NCBI GenBank assembly: GCA_964016885.1
Contig: OZ024744.1
Span: 118,110,001 to 118,174,000, forward strand
Source of the DNA: Eledone cirrhosa
Taxonomy: Eukaryota
DNA: 64,000 nt
Reading direction: 5' to 3'
In this document: positions 59,101 to 64,000 of the stretch, in pieces
Layout of the letters: each line of letters begins with the position of its first letter
Numbering within the stretch: position 1 is the stretch's first letter
Program-made: the position numbers and the translations under genes
The notes under the pieces: model-generated
Seen by the model: only the letters and a program-made list of their open reading frames with translations
The model's database searches: none
Told to the model about the DNA's origin: nothing

Positions 59101-61550
59101 GTAGTGAGACATGGGTAGTTAATGTAGAGGATGTGTGAAGGGTAGATTGTATGATGTATGTGTTACATGGTAGTGAGACATGGGTAGTTAATGTAGAGGA
59201 TGTGTGAATGGTAGATTGTATGATGTCTGTGTATGTTACATGGTAGTGAAATATGGGTAGTTAATGTAGAGGATGTGTGAGGGGTAGATTGTATGATGTC
59301 TATGTTACATGGTAGTGAGACATGGGTAGTTAATGTAGAGGATTTGTGAATGGTATATTGTATGATGTCTGTGTATGTAACATGGTAGAGAGGCATGGGT
59401 AGGTAATGTAGAGGGTGTGTGAAGGGTAGATTTTATGATGTCTATGTATGTTACATGGTAGTGGGACATGGGTAGTTAATATAGAGGATGTGTGAAGGGT
59501 AGATTGTATGATGTATGTGTTACATGGTAGTGAGACATGGGTAGTTAATGTAGAGGATGTGTGAATGGTAGATTGTATGATGTCTGTGTATGTTACATGA
59601 TAGAGAGACATGCGTAGTTAATGTAGAGGATGTGTGAAGGGTAGATTGTATGATGTCTGTGTTACATGGTAGTGAGACATGGGTAGTTAATGTAGAGGAT
59701 GTTTGAAGGGTAGATTGCATGATGTCTATGTTACATGGTAGTGAGACATGGGTAGTTAATGTAGAGGATTTGTGAATGGTATATTGTATGATATCTGTGT
59801 ATGTTACATGGTAGTGAGACATGGGTAGTTAATATAGAGGATGTGTGAAGGGTAGATTGTATGATGTATGTGTTACATGGTAGTGAGACATGGGTAGTTA
59901 ATGTAGAGGATGTGTGAATGGTAGATTGTATGATGTCTGTGTATGTTACATGGTAGTGAAATATGGGTAGTTAATGTAGAGGATGTGTGAGGGGTAGATT
60001 GTATGATGTCTATGTTACATGGTAGTGAGACATGGGTAGTTAATGTAGAGGATTTGTGAATGGTATATTGTATGATGTCTGTGTATGTAACATGGTAGAG
60101 AGGCATGGGTAGGTAATGTAGAGGATGTGTGAAGGGTTGATTGTATGATGTATGTGTATGTTACATGGTAGTGAGACATGGGTAGTTAATGTAGAGGATA
60201 TGTGAAGGGTAGATTGTATGATGTCTGTGTATGTTACATGGTAGTTAGACATGGGTAGTTAATGTAGAGGATGTGTGAAGGGTAATTGTATGATGTCTGT
60301 GTATGTTACATGGTAGTTAGACATGGGTAGTTAATGTAGAGGATGTGTGAAGGATAGATTGTATGATGTCTGTGTTACATGGTAGTGTAACATGGGTAGT
60401 TAATGTAGAGGATGTGTGAAGGGTAGATTGTATGATGTCTGTGATACATGGTAGTGAGCCATGGGTAGTTAATGTAGAGGATGTGTGAAGGGTAATTGTA
60501 TGATGTCTGTGTATGTTACATGGTAGTGAGACATGGGTAGTTAATGTAGATGATGTGTGAAGGGTAGATTGAATGATGTCTGTGTTACATGGTAGTGTGA
60601 CATGGGTAGTTAATGTAGAGGATGTGTGAAGAGTAGATTGTATGATGTCTGTGTATGTTACATGGTAGTGAGACATGGTTAGTTAATGTAGAGGATATGT
60701 GAAGGGTAGATTGTATGATGTCTGTGTTACATGGTAGTGAGACATGTGTAGTTAATGTAGAGGATGTGTGAAGGGTAGATTGTATGATGTCTATGTTACA
60801 TGGTAGTGAGACATGGGTAGTTAACGTAGAGGATGTGTGAATGGTAGATTGTATGATGTCTGTGTTACAAGGTAGTGTAACATGGATAGTTAATGTAGAG
60901 GATGTGTGAAGGGTAGATTGTATGATGTCTGTGTATGTTACATGATAGAGAGACATGGGTAGTTAATGTAGAGGATGTGTGAAGGGTAGATTGTATGATG
61001 TCTGTGTTACATGGTAGTGAGACATGGATAGTTAATGTAGAGGATGTGTGAAGGGTAGATTGTATGATGTCTGTGTATGTTACATGATAGAGAGACATGG
61101 GTAGTTAATGTAGAGGATGTGTGAAGGGTAGATTGTATGATGTCTGTGTTACATGGTAGTGAGACATGGGTAGTTAATGTAGAGGATGTTTGAAGGGTAG
61201 ATTGTATGATGTCTATGTTACATGGTAGTGAGACATGGGTAGTTAATGTAGAGGATTTGTGAATGGTATATTGTATGATGTCTGTGTATGTTACATGGTA
61301 GTGAGACATGGGTAGTTAATATAGAGGATGTGTGAAGGGTAAATTGTATGATGTATGTGTTACATGGTAGTGAGACATGGGTAGTTAATGTAGAGGATGT
61401 GTGAATGGTAGATTGTATGATGTCTGTGTATGTTACATGGTAGTGAAATATGGGTAGTTAATGTAGAGGATGTGTGAGGGGCAGATTGTATGATGTCTAT
61501 GTTACATGGTAGTGATCCATGGGTAGTTAATGTAGAGGATTTGTGAAGGG
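59100..61550 (+). repeat. Island of monomers with a different variant set, including a local 710-bp (10-monomer) duplication
   Basis: Locally restricted variants: GTGAAATATGGG (~59246, 59956, 61443), the 1-bp deletion GGGTAATTG (~60280, 60490) and GTGTAACATG (~60385, 60875). The pseudo-ORFs at 59163 and 59873 are identical. Confidence 0.8.
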
Positions 61551-64000
61551 TAGATTGTATGATGTCTGTGTTACAAGGTAGTGAGACATAGATATTGAAT
61601 GTAGAGGATGTGTGAAGGGTAGAGTGTATGATGTCTGTGTTACATGGTAGTGAGACATGGGTATTGAATGTAGAGGATGTGTGAAGGGTAGATTGTATGA
61701 TGTATGTATTACATGTTAGTGAGACATGGGTAGTTAATGTAGAGGATGTGTGAAGGGTAGATTGTATGATGTCAGTGTTACATGGTAGTGAGACATGGGT
61801 AGTTAATCTAGAGAATGTGTGAAGGGTAGATTGTATGATGTCTGTGTTACATGGTAGTGAGACATGGATATTGAATGTAGAGGATGTGTGAAGGGTAGAT
61901 TGTATGATGTCTGTGTATGTTACATGGTAGTGAGACATGGGTATTGAATGTAGAGGATGTGTGAAGGGTAGATTGTATGATGTATGTATTACATGGTAGT
62001 GAGACATGGGTAGTTAATGTAGAGGATGTGTGAGGGGTAGATTGTATGATGTCTATGTTACATGGTAGTGAGACATGGGTAGTTAATGTAGAGGATTTGT
62101 GAATGGTATATTGTATGATGTCTGTGTATGTAACATGGTAGAGAGGTATGGGTAGGTAATGTAGAGGATGTGTGAAGGGTAGATTTTATGATGTCTATGT
62201 ATGTTACATGGTAGTGGGACATAGGTAGTTAATGTAGAGGACGTGTGAAGGGTTGATTGTATGATGTCTGTGTATGTTACATGGTAGTCAGACATGGGTA
62301 GTTAATGTAGAGGATATGTGAAGGGTAGATTGTATGATGTCTGTGTATGTTACATGGTAGTTAGACATGGGTAGTTAATGTAGAGGATGTGTGAAGGGTA
62401 GATTGTATGATGTCTGTGTTACATGGTAGTGAGACATGGGTAGTTAATGTAGAGGATGTGTGAAGGGTAGATTGTATGATGTCTGTGTTACATGGTGGTG
62501 AGACATGGGTAGTTAATGTAGAGGATGTGTGAGGGGGAGATTGTATGATGTCTATGTTACATGGTAGTGAGACATGGGTAGTTAATGTAGAGGAATTGTG
62601 AATGGTATATTGTATGATGTCTGTGTATGTAACATGGTAGAGAGGCATGGGTAGGTAATGTAGAGGATGTGTGAAGGGTATATTTTATGATGTCTATGTA
62701 TGTTACAAGGTAGTGGGACATGGGTAGTTAATGTAGAGGATGTGTGAAGGGTTGATTGTATGATGTATGTGTATGTTACATGGTAGTGAGACATAGGTAG
62801 TTAATGTAGAGGATGTGTGAAGGGTTGATTGTATGTCTGTGTATGTTACATGGTAGTGAGACATGGGTAGTTAATGTAGAGGATATGTGAAGGGTAGATC
62901 GTATGATGTCTGTGTATGTTACATGGTAGTTAGACATGGGTAGTTAATGTAGAAGATGTGTGAAGGGTAGATTATACGATGTCTGTGTTACATGGTAGTG
63001 AGACATGTGTATTGAATGTAGAGGATGTGTGAAGGGTAGATTGTATGATGTCTATGTATGTTACATGGTAGTGATACATGTGTAGTTAATGTAGAGGATG
63101 TGTGAAGGGTAGATTATGTGATGTCTGTGTTACAAGGTAGTGAGACATGTGTATTGAATGTAGAGTATGTGTGAAGGGTAGATTGTATGATGTCTATGTA
63201 TGTTACATGGTAGTGAGACATGGGTATTGAATGTAGAGGATATGTGAAGGGTAGATTGTATGATGTCTGTGTATGTTACATGGTAGAGAGACACGGGTAG
63301 TTAATGGAGAGGATGTGTGAAGGGTAGATTGTACGATGTCTGTGTTACATGGTAGTGAGACATGGGTAGTTAATGTAGAGGATGTGTGAAGGGTAGATTG
63401 TATGATGTCTGTGTTACAAGGTAGTGAGACATAGATAATGAATGTAGAGGATGTGTGAAGGGTAGAGTGTATGATGTCTGTGTTACATGGTAGTGAGACA
63501 TGGGTATTGAATGTAGAGGATGTGTGAAGGGTAGATTGTATGATGTATGTATTACATGGTAGTGAGACATGGGTAGTTAATGTAGAGGATGTGTGAGGGG
63601 TAGATTGTATGATGTCTATGTTACATGGTAGTGAGACATGGGTAGTTAATGTAGAGGATTTGTGAATGGTATATTGTATGATGTCTGTGTATGTAACATG
63701 GTAGAGAGGTATGGGTAGGTAATGTAGAGGATGTGTGAAGGGTAGATTTTATGATGTCTATGTATGTTACATGGTAGTGGGACATAGGTAGTTAATGTAG
63801 AGGACGTGTGAAGGGTTGATTGTATGATGTCTGTGTATGTTACATGGTAGTGAGACATGGGTAGTTAATGTAGAGGATATGTGAAGGGTAGATTGTATGA
63901 TGTCTGTGTATGTTACATGGTAGTTAGACATGGGTAGTTAATGTAGAGGATGTGTGAAGGGTAGATTGTATGATGTATGTGTTACATGGTAGTGAGACAT
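61550..64000 (+). repeat. Resumption of the right-domain HOR (copy of ~53.2-55.9 kb)
   Basis: Identical pseudo-ORFs at offsets of 8220 (53863/62083, 54141/62361) and 8078 (55292/63370). Shared variants TAGTCAGAC, GAGGGGGAG, GGAATTGTG and ATAGATAATG. Confidence 0.85.

Larger units (their letters stand above)
1..64000 (+). repeat. Tandem satellite DNA array of 69/73-bp monomers (~900 copies), single orientation, open at both window edges
   Basis: Monomer 1 is 1-69 (69 bp) and monomer 2 is 70-142 (73 bp, with an extra TATG). The same unit continues without interruption to the last bases (…AGTGAGACAT at 64000). I saw no inversions or unique inserts. Copy number is estimated as 64000/~71. Confidence 0.99.

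Noticed and set aside
126-63858. Hundreds of minus-strand ORFs of 61-215 aa with His/Thr/Ser-rich repeats (e.g. TDIIQSTLHTSSTLTTHVSLPCN)
   Set aside because: These are repeat artefacts. The 69-bp unit is a multiple of 3 and has one stop-free minus-strand frame, while each 73-bp unit shifts the frame and leads to a stop. The ORFs overlap in all frames, frameshifting monomers make up roughly half the array, and no unique domain is present. They are not a mucin-like or repeat-protein gene.
1-64000. CRISPR-like array (period ~70 bp, weak dyad)
   Set aside because: The period resembles repeat plus spacer, but there are no unique spacers. The entire unit is conserved, and there is no leader or cas gene.
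1-64000. Tandem tRNA or small-RNA gene cluster (unit ~70-73 nt)
   Set aside because: With only 3 C per unit on + (3 G on -), a cloverleaf cannot form. I recognised no GTTCRA B-box or T-loop and no Pol III oligo-T terminator.
1-64000. Canonical telomerase-made telomere repeat or strong G-quadruplex array
   Set aside because: There are no TTAGGG or TTAGG tandem runs, and the unit is much longer than known telomerase templates. Only two GGG tracts occur per monomer, spaced ~25-45 bp apart, so there is no canonical G4 motif.
1-64000. Embedded transposon, inversion or unique-sequence insertion
   Set aside because: I saw none on reading through. Every stretch fits the monomer in the same orientation, with no terminal repeats, target-site duplications or coding remnants.

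Overview
The whole 64 kb window is one uninterrupted, head-to-tail, single-orientation tandem satellite array of roughly 900 monomers. The monomer comes in two main lengths, 69 and 73 bp, with consensus ATGGGTAGTTAATGTAGAGGATGTGTGAAGGGTAGATTGTATGATGTCTGTG(TATG)TTACATGGTAGTGAGAC; the optional TATG gives the 73-bp form. I found no unique sequence, genes, RNA genes, transposon ends or CRISPR spacers. All the listed minus-strand ORFs are by-products of the repeat. The interest lies in the array's architecture. The strands are very asymmetric (25 G against 3 C per 69-mer, with no CpG in the consensus), and each monomer carries a small dyad. Diagnostic variants split the array into a left patchwork domain (1 to ~17.8 kb), a middle domain with 3-kb, 2.4-kb and 0.29-kb duplications (~17.8-29.4 kb), and a right domain of nested, near-identical higher-order repeats (~2.1-2.3 kb inside ~7.6 kb, overlain by an ~11.6-kb tandem duplication). 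This looks like a eukaryotic heterochromatic, centromeric or subtelomeric satellite. I cannot assign the organism, a named family or a function from the sequence alone.
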